This document shows positions 40,096 through 49,180 of a stretch of 64,000 nt of DNA, piece after piece. Made by a program: the position numbers and the translations under genes. The notes beneath the pieces were generated by a model. It was not told the origin of the DNA and searched no databases. It saw only the letters and a list, made by a program, of their open reading frames with translations. Source of the DNA: Bacteroidales bacterium (GTDB lineage: Bacteria; Bacteroidota; Bacteroidia; Bacteroidales; UBA10428); the NCBI GenBank assembly GCA_035299085.1, contig DATGXG010000019.1, positions 78,783 to 142,782 of the forward strand, given 5' to 3'. Within the stretch, counting starts at the first letter, position 1; each line of letters opens with the position of its first letter.

Positions 40096-40703
40096 TGAAC
40101 CTCGTAAAAATACCCGGCGTTCTCAAAAAGCTGTTTCCGGCTATAACATGGGAAATCCGGACAAAAGATCCTGTTTTGTACCTGACCTTTGATGATGGCC
40201 CGACCCCCGTTATCACAGATCAGGTACTGGGGGTTCTTGAAAAATATAATGCCAAGGCAACCTTTTTTTGCATCGGACGCAATGTGGAACGTCATCCCGG
40301 TATATATGAGAATATTCTGAAAGCCGGACATTACACAGGTAATCATACCTACAGCCACCTGAAAGGATGGTATACTCCTGATAAGGAATATTACAGCGAC
40401 ATACAGCTTGCAGCTCAGTTTATAAACTCCGGCCTTTACCGCCCGGCTTATGGCATGATCACCACGGCACAGCTAAAGCATCTGCGGGCAACCTATCAAA
40501 TTGTACTATGGGATGTGATGAGCTATGATTTTGCTTATAACACATCCCCTGAACAATGCCTCAAAAATGTGATCCGATACGCCGGCCCCGGTTCCATCAT
40601 CGTTTTCCATGATTCATTGAAAGCTTCTGAAAAGGTACTCTATGCGCTGCCAAGGGTGCTGGAGTATTTTAGAGAAAAGGGGTATACGTTTAGGACGATT
40701 TAG
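40095..40703 (+). CDS. Polysaccharide deacetylase (NodB homology domain)
   Basis: LTFDDGP and GNHTYSH motifs. The start overlaps the upstream stop by 1 nt. Confidence 0.85.
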   Translation: MNLVKIPGVLKKLFPAITWEIRTKDPVLYLTFDDGPTPVITDQVLGVLEKYNAKATFFCIGRNVERHPGIYENILKAGHYTGNHTYSHLKGWYTPDKEYYSDIQLAAQFINSGLYRPAYGMITTAQLKHLRATYQIVLWDVMSYDFAYNTSPEQCLKNVIRYAGPGSIIVFHDSLKASEKVLYALPRVLEYFREKGYTFRTI

Positions 40704-40815
40704 ATATCTGACTACAAAAAAAACATAACGCAAAGATCAATTTTACTACGATTGAGGGTTCCGGCTCTTATACGTGTTCTGACTAATATATTGCTGATTT
40801 TAAGGTAGCAAAGCC

Positions 40816-40877
40816 CGCAAAGGCCTCAAACCTGCGGTTTGTGGTGCTTTGCGGCCTTTGCGTTAAACCGCAGGTTT
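40816..40877. repeat. GC-rich REP-like block with interleaved complementary segments
   Basis: CGCAAAGGCC (40816-25) pairs with GGCCTTTGCG (40853-62). AAACCTGCGGTTT (40828-40) pairs with AAACCGCAGGTTT (40865-77). Confidence 0.7.
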
Positions 40878-40962
40878 CTTAATTGAAATTGCATTAGATG
40901 AAATAATAGCAACAATACCTTTTTTAGTAAACTATTCCTTTGCGTTTATTGATTTAAAAAAA

Positions 40963-40998
40963 AACTAATGATTTAGTTGCATAACTAATTTTTTAGTT
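40963..40998. promoter_or_regulatory. Two 16-bp palindromes, AACTAA-N4-TTAGTT, 20 bp apart centre to centre: candidate BlaI-family operators
   Basis: AACTAATGATTTAGTT (40963-78) and AACTAATTTTTTAGTT (40983-98) lie immediately upstream of the blaI-like gene. Confidence 0.55.
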
Positions 40999-40999
40999 A

Positions 41000-41007
41000 T
41001 ATATTTG
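41000..41007 (+). promoter_or_regulatory. Candidate Bacteroidota -7 promoter box TATATTTG (TAnnTTTG)
   Basis: Matches the TAnnTTTG consensus. It abuts operator 2 and lies 19 nt before the ATG at 41026. Confidence 0.4.
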
Positions 41008-41025
41008 AATTGAAATTTCAACATC

Positions 41026-41412
41026 ATGGCAAAAAAAGAGGAGATAACAGAGCTTACCCGGGCAGAAGAAGAGGTAATGCAGATATTATGGGATATCCAA
41101 AAGGGCTTTGTAAAAAACATCGTTGAAAAATATCCCGACCCTAAACCGGCCTATAATACAGTATCTACGATTGTCCGTATCCTTGAAGCAAAAGGATTCG
41201 CAGATCACACGGCCTACGGAAAAACCCATGAATATTTTCCTATTGTGCAACGGGATGAATACCGGAAGCAGTACCTGAATAACATGCTGAAAAGCTATTT
41301 CGGAGGTTCATTCCGCCAGATGGCTTCTTTTTTTATAAAACAGGAAAAGCTTGACACCCGGGAACTGGAGGAAATCCTGAAAATGATGAATAAGGAATTG
41401 GGCAATAAATAA
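41026..41412 (+). CDS. BlaI/MecI/CopY-family transcriptional repressor
   Basis: 128-aa winged-helix protein (LTRAEEEVMQILW...YNTVSTIVRILEAKGF...). Confidence 0.9.
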   Translation: MAKKEEITELTRAEEEVMQILWDIQKGFVKNIVEKYPDPKPAYNTVSTIVRILEAKGFADHTAYGKTHEYFPIVQRDEYRKQYLNNMLKSYFGGSFRQMASFFIKQEKLDTRELEEILKMMNKELGNK

Positions 41413-41423
41413 ATGACCGGATC

Positions 41424-42671
41424 ATGACACCGTTTTTATTTTACCAGCTGAAAACAGGTTTGTGCCTGGTCTCCTTTGTTACGCTTTATTATATTCTTTT
41501 CCGCAAAGAAACTCACTATAGGTTAAACAGGATCTATCTTGTTTCTTCACTTGTTTTATCATTCATCCTGCCGCTTCTGCCGTTTCCTGAATTTAAAAAC
41601 CTGAAAGAAGGAACAATGACCACTTTCCTTCAGACAGTCACCATTTATGCGTACAATGCCGGAAAAGAAACTACTGTTGAAAAGACTCATACATCATTAA
41701 TTTCAACTGCCTATTCAGTTGTTGCCATGGTGTCGGCTTCGTGGATAGCCTGGCAATTACTTAATATGATCTTCCTTATTTTAAAAAGAGGATCCATAGC
41801 GCTGGGTAATTTCAGAATTATATCCCTGCCCCGGCGCTCCCTTTCCTATTCCTTTTTTAACCTGATATTCCTGTCGGCTTCAGAAAAAGAAGGAGAAAGC
41901 GACCAGGTATTAATGCATGAAATGGCCCATGCCCGGCAATTCCATTCTCTTGATATATTACTGATACAGATTATTAAAATATTTCAGTGGTTCAATCCAT
42001 TTATCTATTTGGCTGAAAAAGCATTGCAAGAAACCCACGAGTACCTGGCGGATGAAGCTGTATTGGAGCAGAACAACGATTCCGGCAGGTACAGGCTGCT
42101 CCTGCTTACCCAGGTTTTTGGGGTTCAACCCGGGATTTTTAGTTTGTTCAATTACTCACTTTTAAAAAAGCGTCTCTTTATGATGACAAAAGAAAAATCC
42201 CCCGACCGCAACCGGTTTAAATACCTGGCTGCGTTGCCTCTGATCATGGCCATATTGATTGTGCTCAGTTGCACAAAAAATCCGCCGCCACCACCGCCGC
42301 CACCGCCACCGCCTGTAACTGAAACAGAAGTTACACAGGTTTCAGATACTTCCAAAGCCTTTACGATAGTAGATGAAAACGCAAAATTTCAGAACGGCTC
42401 CCTGGAGGAATTTGGTCAATGGGTTCAGAAAAACATGGTATATCCTGAATCCGCTATTAAAAACAGCATTTCAGGTAAGGTTATGGTACAGTTTGCAGTG
42501 GATAAATTCGGAAAAGTGGCAGATGTAACGGTTGTCCGCAGCGCATCACCCACCTTGAGTGAAGAGGCCATCAGGGTAATACAGTCATCGCCCGAATGGA
42601 CCCCGGCCAAACTTGGAGGGAACAGCGTTAAACAGCAATTCGTGATGCCGGTAGTTTTCGCATTGAAGTAA
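41424..42671 (+). CDS. BlaR1-like M56 peptidase fused to a Pro-rich linker and one TonB C-terminal domain
   Basis: HEMAHARQFH zinc motif, 11 consecutive Pro codons (42282-42314), and a C-terminal TonB_C-like domain (GKVMVQFAVDKFGKV...). Confidence 0.85.
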   Translation: MTPFLFYQLKTGLCLVSFVTLYYILFRKETHYRLNRIYLVSSLVLSFILPLLPFPEFKNLKEGTMTTFLQTVTIYAYNAGKETTVEKTHTSLISTAYSVVAMVSASWIAWQLLNMIFLILKRGSIALGNFRIISLPRRSLSYSFFNLIFLSASEKEGESDQVLMHEMAHARQFHSLDILLIQIIKIFQWFNPFIYLAEKALQETHEYLADEAVLEQNNDSGRYRLLLLTQVFGVQPGIFSLFNYSLLKKRLFMMTKEKSPDRNRFKYLAALPLIMAILIVLSCTKNPPPPPPPPPPPVTETEVTQVSDTSKAFTIVDENAKFQNGSLEEFGQWVQKNMVYPESAIKNSISGKVMVQFAVDKFGKVADVTVVRSASPTLSEEAIRVIQSSPEWTPAKLGGNSVKQQFVMPVVFALK

Positions 42672-42757
42672 GTACATTCAAAATATACGGGGACAAGGTT
42701 TTCCTTGTCCCTCATTGGGTTTGATAAGTAGGATTCAGGTAATATAAAAACGTGAAT

Positions 42758-44407
42758 ATGACTCCCTTTTTGCTCTATCAGATCAAGGCCGGATTCTGTA
42801 TCATGGTGTTCACCGGCATTTATTTCCTGCTTTTGAGAAAAGAAACATTTTATGCGGGAAACAGGATTTACCTGGTTATTTCGGTCATTCTTTCAGCTCT
42901 GTTGCCATTGATCCGGCTACCACTTTTGCCGGCTGAAGGAGGGACAATAATTAACGGTTTTGAGGGAGCCGCAAATATTGATAATTTACCCGCGATAAAG
43001 CCTGAATCACCGACACATCAAATACCTGTTCTTTATATAGTTTACATTGCAATAGGTGTTTTGCTTCTAAGCCATCTGTTTTACCAGTTTTTTAGAATGA
43101 TGCTGATCGTGAAAAGAAACGGAAGCATAAGGCTTGGAAGATTTATAGTAGTTTCTCTTCCGATTAAATCTCATTCATTCTCCTTCTTCAACCTTATATT
43201 CATAGCATCGCCCACACCGCAGGAAGGAGAGAACGACCAGGTACTGCAGCACGAAATGGTACATGCGCGTCAGCTACATTCCCTGGATATCCTGATCATT
43301 CAATTTTTCAAAATATTTCAATGGTTCAATCCATTCATATACCTCACTGAAAAAGCCATGCAAGAAACCCACGAGTACCTGGCGGATGAAGCTGTATTGG
43401 AGCAGAACAGCGATTCCGGCAGGTACCGCCTGCTCCTGCTTACCCAGGTTTTTGGGGTTCAACCCGGGATTTTTAGTTTGTTCAATTACTCACTTATCAA
43501 AAACCGACTCAAAATGATGACTAAACAAAAATCCCCGCACCGCGCACAGCTTAAATACCTGGTTTTACTGCCACTGATCGCGGTCATGCTCTTGCTCAAC
43601 TGCACCAATAAAGAAGCTGAGGAAACACTTACCCAGGAAAACGAAAAAATCTGGGTTGGAACACCGCCTCCTCCAACCGGAAATATTACTCCCGACGAAG
43701 CCAACGCCGGAATCGATCCTTCAAAGATCACCGATGAGGATTCAACTTTTATCATGGTCGATCAACAGGCTCTTTTTCATGGGGGTGATTTAGAGAATTT
43801 CAGGGACTGGGTGCAGAAAAATGTAAAGTACCCTGAAAGTGAAATAAAAAGAGGAAATTCAGGAAGAGTAACTGTTCAGTTTGCCGTGAATTCAAAAGGG
43901 AAAGTAAGTATGGTTAAGATTCTGAAAGGAGTTTCACCTGCAATTGATGAAGAAGTGGCACGGGTTATTGCTTATTCCGACGACTGGACACCGGCCAGTT
44001 ATAAAGGGTTCCCGGTAAAACAGCAGTTTGTAATGCCGGTGATTTTTGAGTTGGAGAATGGTGTAAAAAGTACAGCGGCAAATGAAGAACAATCTTATAT
44101 TTTTGTCGAAAAACAGGCCGCATTCCAGGGCGGAAACCTTGAAACATTCAGGGACTGGGTGCAACAAAACCTCCGTTATCCCGAAACTGCTGCTAAAAAC
44201 GGGATATTCGGAAGAGTAACCATACAGTTTGCTGTCAATTCGGATGGGAAAGTATGTGATATAAAAATCATTAGGGGAGTTGCACCCTCCCTTGATGAAG
44301 AAGCCGTCCGCACCCTGCAATCTTCGCCGTTATGGATCCCGGCCGAACAGGAAGGAAAACACGTCAAACAACAATTCGTGATGCCGGTTGTATTTTCATT
44401 GGAATAG
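42758..44407 (+). CDS. Paralogous BlaR1-like M56 peptidase with two tandem TonB C-terminal domains
   Basis: HEMVHARQLH motif plus two TonB_C-like repeats (GRVTVQFAVNSKGKV... and GRVTIQFAVNSDGKV...). Confidence 0.85.
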   Translation: MTPFLLYQIKAGFCIMVFTGIYFLLLRKETFYAGNRIYLVISVILSALLPLIRLPLLPAEGGTIINGFEGAANIDNLPAIKPESPTHQIPVLYIVYIAIGVLLLSHLFYQFFRMMLIVKRNGSIRLGRFIVVSLPIKSHSFSFFNLIFIASPTPQEGENDQVLQHEMVHARQLHSLDILIIQFFKIFQWFNPFIYLTEKAMQETHEYLADEAVLEQNSDSGRYRLLLLTQVFGVQPGIFSLFNYSLIKNRLKMMTKQKSPHRAQLKYLVLLPLIAVMLLLNCTNKEAEETLTQENEKIWVGTPPPPTGNITPDEANAGIDPSKITDEDSTFIMVDQQALFHGGDLENFRDWVQKNVKYPESEIKRGNSGRVTVQFAVNSKGKVSMVKILKGVSPAIDEEVARVIAYSDDWTPASYKGFPVKQQFVMPVIFELENGVKSTAANEEQSYIFVEKQAAFQGGNLETFRDWVQQNLRYPETAAKNGIFGRVTIQFAVNSDGKVCDIKIIRGVAPSLDEEAVRTLQSSPLWIPAEQEGKHVKQQFVMPVVFSLE

Positions 44408-44442
44408 CTTCATACTATGCTAAGCGTAATCGAACCTTTTTT

Positions 44443-44480
44443 ACCACCTCGACAGGGTACCCCCACCCTGTCGAGGTGGT
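44443..44480. terminator. 16-bp perfect-stem hairpin ACCACCTCGACAGGGT-ACCCCC-ACCCTGTCGAGGTGGT
   Basis: Read directly, downstream of the second M56 gene. A third copy of the arm lies at 44565-44580. Confidence 0.6.
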
Positions 44481-44545
44481 GATACCAAAAAATTATCTAT
44501 AATTGTGATTATATGTTTATTACTAAATTTCAAAGGGTATATAAT

Positions 44546-45907
44546 ATGACTTTTATCATAAAAACACCCTGTCGAGGTGGTATAAAACCAAGGGTATTCT
44601 TTTCTGTTTTATTATCGTTGATAGCATTATCTGTTGCATCAGCCCAGCAAAATAAGGTCGATTCGTTAATCAGGAATTACGATTACCAGGGGGCGCTGGA
44701 AGTTATTGACAGTATTTACCCGGATAGCATGGATATGAATATGCTGTATTTAAAAGCCGTGGCATTAAAATCCCTGTCAAAGTTTCCGGATGCAATTGCC
44801 TGTTATGATTCCCTTTATAAAAATGACTCTGCCAACACAAGGATTAGCATCGAAATGGCGGATTGCTATAAATCGGTTATGAATTATGACAAACCGGAGG
44901 AGTTATACATCAAGGCACTTGAGTACAAGCCGGGAAACCGCTATTTGATGCAACTGCTGGCAGGAGTGTACATGACGACGGAGCAATTCGGCAAGGCAAA
45001 AGAATGGTACCTGGATGCCTGCACAAATGATACATCCGTTTTTCTACTGAAACAAATAGGATGGTGCTGCGACAAACTATTGCAGGATTCAGAAGCAGAG
45101 TTTTACTATAAAAAAGCGATGGCCCTTGACCCTGATGATTACCAGCCCGTCTTCAGGCTCGGTAATTTATATAAAGATCAGCGCGATTATGAGCAGGCTA
45201 TCGCGGTTACCGATTCATTCCTGAACCGGCATCCTGATAACCGGGAAGTGACAAGGTTAAGCGGTTATGCCCATTACCTGAACCAGACGTTCAGGAAAAG
45301 CATCGCCCGGTTTCGGTGTTCGCTTGAATTATCCGATTCTTCGGCATTTGTTCTGAAATACCTCGGATACAGCTATTTTAAACTGGCTGAGTACCCGAAC
45401 GCCATTAAATACATGGAAAAAGTTTATGCGGTTGATTCATCGGATGCTGATCTGTGCTGGGCCCTTGGACTTGCCCATGACGTGCCTCAGAATATAAGGT
45501 ATTTTGAACGAGCCATCGATTTAGGCTTGCCGGTTCTAACTGCCATGGCCAAAGTGTACCTCGATCTGTCGCTTGCCTACACTAAAGCATGGCGCTATAA
45601 TGAAGCTCTTGAGGCGTTGAATAATGCGTTGAACCTGAAACCGGGCGACCCCGGAGTGATCTACAAAATAGCCGTTCACTACGATAACTGGATGGATGAC
45701 AAACCTTCGGCCCTTAAGTATTACAAAGAATTTATGACGACCCGTCCGGATGATTCATCTGATTATTTCATGACAGGAATATCAGTAATTAACCGTTCCG
45801 ATTATGGCCAGGCAGAAAGACGGATTAAAGACATCGAACAAACTGCTGCTTCTGTCGTTGAAGCGGATAGCCTAACCGGACCTGAGAAATTTACACTACC
45901 GGAGTGA
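44546..45907 (+). CDS. Secreted TPR-repeat protein
   Basis: Signal peptide (VFFSVLLSLIALSVASAQQ) and multiple TPR-like A-x-x-x-Y/F...A-L-x-x-x-P units. Confidence 0.65.
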   Translation: MTFIIKTPCRGGIKPRVFFSVLLSLIALSVASAQQNKVDSLIRNYDYQGALEVIDSIYPDSMDMNMLYLKAVALKSLSKFPDAIACYDSLYKNDSANTRISIEMADCYKSVMNYDKPEELYIKALEYKPGNRYLMQLLAGVYMTTEQFGKAKEWYLDACTNDTSVFLLKQIGWCCDKLLQDSEAEFYYKKAMALDPDDYQPVFRLGNLYKDQRDYEQAIAVTDSFLNRHPDNREVTRLSGYAHYLNQTFRKSIARFRCSLELSDSSAFVLKYLGYSYFKLAEYPNAIKYMEKVYAVDSSDADLCWALGLAHDVPQNIRYFERAIDLGLPVLTAMAKVYLDLSLAYTKAWRYNEALEALNNALNLKPGDPGVIYKIAVHYDNWMDDKPSALKYYKEFMTTRPDDSSDYFMTGISVINRSDYGQAERRIKDIEQTAASVVEADSLTGPEKFTLPE

Positions 45908-46969
45908 TCCTTTAACTTCAACCAGCTTTATCAGCTGGCGCACCATGATACCGTAAATCCAATCCGCTTTTGCGGAAAATCCTTTCATTAATAACATCAC
46001 ATACTTCAATTTCAGGCCACGCCCTTTCAGGGTGGAGCCGTATGCGGCCTCCTTTGCCAAAATAAAAGTACAGATGGAAGCAAGGTGCATGACCCGATTA
46101 TCCGGCTTAAATTGGGCTAAGGTGTAATCTTCGTTGAAATATTGCTTAATCAGAAGGAAGACAAGGCTTACACATCGCCAGATCCGACTGGCAGTTGCAA
46201 TATCATAAACGATTCCAAAATCGAGTGTACCCTGTTTCTGAATCAGAAAAGCTCTTACATCCATCAGCCAGGCCAGGCGCGAAAACTGGTGCAACGCACC
46301 ATGGTAACACAAATACACAAAACTGGCCTCATCCTTCATAATGTTCACCGGTGTACCGTCAAGATCATATTTCCTGAGATCTTCAAGAAAACCGGCAAAT
46401 CGCTTTTCTGTCAGGTAGGTATTCGCTCCTGGCCTGATATGTAAATCAATGGCACAGCGGTTTTCTTTATTGAAATAATGAACCTCACGCTTGGCCACCA
46501 GGAAGATCTTCCTTCGTAAATTTCCAGGGTAATGATTCAGGTTCGACTGAGTATAGCCTGATCCTGATAAAATCGCATGAACCACCAACAGATCGGTACC
46601 ATCGGTAAGCAGAATATCCAGGTCAACCGACTCTTTTAACGCCTCCCTGCCATACAGCATCCGGCTTAGCTGTGGGCCTTTGATGCACACATAACCAATA
46701 TTTTTTTCGTTCAGCATTTCGGCAATCGTCTTTAGCTCGTTCAACTGGGTGAGCGATTGCATGGCTATCTTGCGACTGTGCGCTTCAATCCGCGAAAGCT
46801 GTTCAGCAGTGAAATATCCTCTATGTTCCCGGGCAAAATGCTGAAGGTGGTACACGGTCTTATGGCGGAAACACAGGCGGATCAGGCGGTGGATGTTCAA
46901 ATCGGTTGTCTGGTGAACCGGTTGCCCTTTGGTTATTTGCAGCAACGCTTGTATTTCGGGGTCAGGCAT
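45896..46969 (-). CDS. Uncharacterised nucleotidyltransferase-family protein (PF14907-like), lasso-cluster associated
   Basis: 357 aa with KGPQLSRMLYG...ESVDLDILL, resembling the G-x-x...D-x-D nucleotidyltransferase fold. It shares an 8-nt overlap with the cyclase gene. Confidence 0.6.
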   Translation of the reverse strand: MPDPEIQALLQITKGQPVHQTTDLNIHRLIRLCFRHKTVYHLQHFAREHRGYFTAEQLSRIEAHSRKIAMQSLTQLNELKTIAEMLNEKNIGYVCIKGPQLSRMLYGREALKESVDLDILLTDGTDLLVVHAILSGSGYTQSNLNHYPGNLRRKIFLVAKREVHYFNKENRCAIDLHIRPGANTYLTEKRFAGFLEDLRKYDLDGTPVNIMKDEASFVYLCYHGALHQFSRLAWLMDVRAFLIQKQGTLDFGIVYDIATASRIWRCVSLVFLLIKQYFNEDYTLAQFKPDNRVMHLASICTFILAKEAAYGSTLKGRGLKLKYVMLLMKGFSAKADWIYGIMVRQLIKLVEVKGSLR

Positions 46970-48902
46970 TGCTTTGGTTTTCGGTGGTGGAATGGGACCT
47001 ATGGGACGAATGGGACGGTTTTTCCAGGTAGTAAAGAAGGATCATCAGGTAATCATAAAAGGCACCTGGATTTAAATAATTCTGATCATTAGGATCTCGC
47101 TTTGCCAGTTTTGTATACCATTCCGGGAATTTTGAAAAATCAAATATGCTATGCAGAAATGGTATTCCCGATGCTTTTTGTATTATTTGCAAAATTTCAT
47201 CCTTGTCGTTTACCAGGCTTTGCAATGTTTGTGGAATGGTGCCAACAGTTTTGTCATCCCTCTTTCTTATTTCTTCCGGCACAAATCCCCTGATGGCTTC
47301 ACGGAACATATACCGGTTCTTGCCATGATGTTGTTTCATCCAGGGTGGGAAGGCAAGTGCCGTTTCAACTACATCCAAATCCAGCAACGGGTACCTGTAC
47401 TCAATTCCGTATTGGGCGGCTGCCGTATAACAATATTCCATCCTTTGCGGAAGATGATCCGGCATAATACGATCAAACTGTCTTTCTGAAAGTGTATTCC
47501 TTTTTAATTTCCTAAAATTTTCTTCAAGCCTTGCCCTGAGATGATGCTTTAACGAAAATTCACTTTTTAAGGGAAAATTCGTAAACCGTTTATCCAGTAA
47601 ATCTCTAGTAAAAACACCACTTGTATGTGTTTCTGTATTGAGCAGAAACCGGAAATAATTAAGAGCTATCTTCACTGGTTTCAAAATGGTTTTTATACGG
47701 ACTCCCTTATAAAACAATTCATCACCGATTACCCTCCATTGCTTTTTTTGAATCAGTTCATTCCATGGAAAAGAAGTCCTTGCAGAAACCAATTCATCGC
47801 CGCCGAAACCGGATAACAAAACCTGTATACCGTTGCTTCCGGCTTTTTCATACAAGCTTTTGCTGAAAATATTAAAGTTCTGCTGTATAAAACAAGAGTG
47901 AATTTTCAAGCTGTGTTTTAGAATTTCAGGAATGCTTGACTGGTGGTGATCGATTCCATACCAGCGAAAAGATCCAAAATCAATCATATACTTAATAAAC
48001 TCTTTTTCATCCTTGAAATCAACCGTTCCGCTTTCAGGAAATAAGTTTGAAAAAGTGGTTATCTGCTTTCCTGACTCTTTAAGAAACTGATTTGCAATAC
48101 CTGTAACGGCAGAGGAATCCAATCCGCCGCTTAATTCTGATCCCATAACTGCAGTTGGATTACAACGTATTTGAACAGCTTCTGCAAGTATTTTCTTCAG
48201 GAGTACTATATAATCTTTCTCAGAGCGAAGTTGGATCTGCCTGGCAGGATCAGGTTTCCAGTAAGTATCAATAACAGTCTGTCCTTGTTTGTGATGTAAA
48301 TAATGACCCGGCTTCAGGCGGTAAACCGATTGAAAGGGGGTCTGATCCTTCCGGCTTTTCACTGTGATCAGGGTGTCTGTGAAATATTCAGCCCTGAGGC
48401 CGGGTTTTTGCAAAGCATACACCAGGTAACGGATTTCAGATGCAAACAGGAAGGATCCTTTATGGAATGTATAGAACAAGGGCCGCACACCCAGATGATC
48501 GCGTCCGCAAAAAATCTCACCGGTTTTACGATTAGTTATAACAAATGCAAAATCGCCGTAAAACAGGTTCATGCAAGCCGATCCATAGCGGATCCATGCT
48601 TCAAGGACAAGGCCGGCATCAGACTGCGATTCATTTTCAATTCCGAGTTTTTCACGCAGTATTGCTCTCTTGTACAACGCTGCATCGGCAATAATTATCC
48701 AGTCGCCCTTTTCATAAACAACCTGTTCCGGTACCATTAATGGGTTATTCACGATCACGGCCATTCCGAGGAAATCACCAGCCAATTCTTTGCAGATAAG
48801 TTTCCGGGGAATTACATATTCACTTGCCCGCTTCATCCTGTCAATCAATGAAGCGTCTGGTGTTGACCCTGCAGGTGCAATAATTCCGAAAACCGGGGGC
48901 AT
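46962..48902 (-). CDS. Asparagine-synthetase-fold lasso peptide cyclase (McjC-like)
   Basis: PP-loop SGGLDSS is present. The N-terminus is MPPVFGII, with no Cys2 glutaminase nucleophile. B1/B2/precursor genes lie nearby. Confidence 0.8.
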   Translation of the reverse strand: MPPVFGIIAPAGSTPDASLIDRMKRASEYVIPRKLICKELAGDFLGMAVIVNNPLMVPEQVVYEKGDWIIIADAALYKRAILREKLGIENESQSDAGLVLEAWIRYGSACMNLFYGDFAFVITNRKTGEIFCGRDHLGVRPLFYTFHKGSFLFASEIRYLVYALQKPGLRAEYFTDTLITVKSRKDQTPFQSVYRLKPGHYLHHKQGQTVIDTYWKPDPARQIQLRSEKDYIVLLKKILAEAVQIRCNPTAVMGSELSGGLDSSAVTGIANQFLKESGKQITTFSNLFPESGTVDFKDEKEFIKYMIDFGSFRWYGIDHHQSSIPEILKHSLKIHSCFIQQNFNIFSKSLYEKAGSNGIQVLLSGFGGDELVSARTSFPWNELIQKKQWRVIGDELFYKGVRIKTILKPVKIALNYFRFLLNTETHTSGVFTRDLLDKRFTNFPLKSEFSLKHHLRARLEENFRKLKRNTLSERQFDRIMPDHLPQRMEYCYTAAAQYGIEYRYPLLDLDVVETALAFPPWMKQHHGKNRYMFREAIRGFVPEEIRKRDDKTVGTIPQTLQSLVNDKDEILQIIQKASGIPFLHSIFDFSKFPEWYTKLAKRDPNDQNYLNPGAFYDYLMILLYYLEKPSHSSHRSHSTTENQSNA

Positions 48903-48941
48903 GTTTTTCCGTGTTTTATGCTTGACTAAATTAGTTGTTTG

Positions 48942-49180
48942 GTTTGAAATCGTTTGAAGTAGGGGGTGAAATCGTTTGAAGTAGTTTGAAATGATTTGAA
49001 ATTGTTTGAAAAAGTTATTTGCGACCTACTGAAAACATGGTTTTCAGCCTATTTGTGAAATTCGCTTTTAATTTTTTATTCGTTTTTAATTCGTGCATTC
49101 GTGGTTATTTTTTGTGGCTTGATTGGTTTCAGATAGTTTCAGATGGTTTGAGGTTGTTTCATATTGTTTTCGTGTTGTTT
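48942..49180. repeat. Phased GTTTGAA / GTTT(C/G)A decamer arrays in the divergent promoter region of the lasso cluster
   Basis: (G/A)TTTGA at 48942, 48952, 48974, 48984, 48994 and 49004. A second run reads GTTTCAGATA GTTTCAGATG GTTTGAGGTT GTTTCATATT ... GTTTGAG (about 49128-49185). Confidence 0.85.

Noticed and set aside
46962-48902. Housekeeping glutamine-dependent asparagine synthetase (asnB)
   Set aside because: The N-terminus lacks the obligatory Cys2 nucleophile (MPPVFG instead of MCG). The gene also sits with PqqD, B2 and precursor genes, so a lasso cyclase is the better call.
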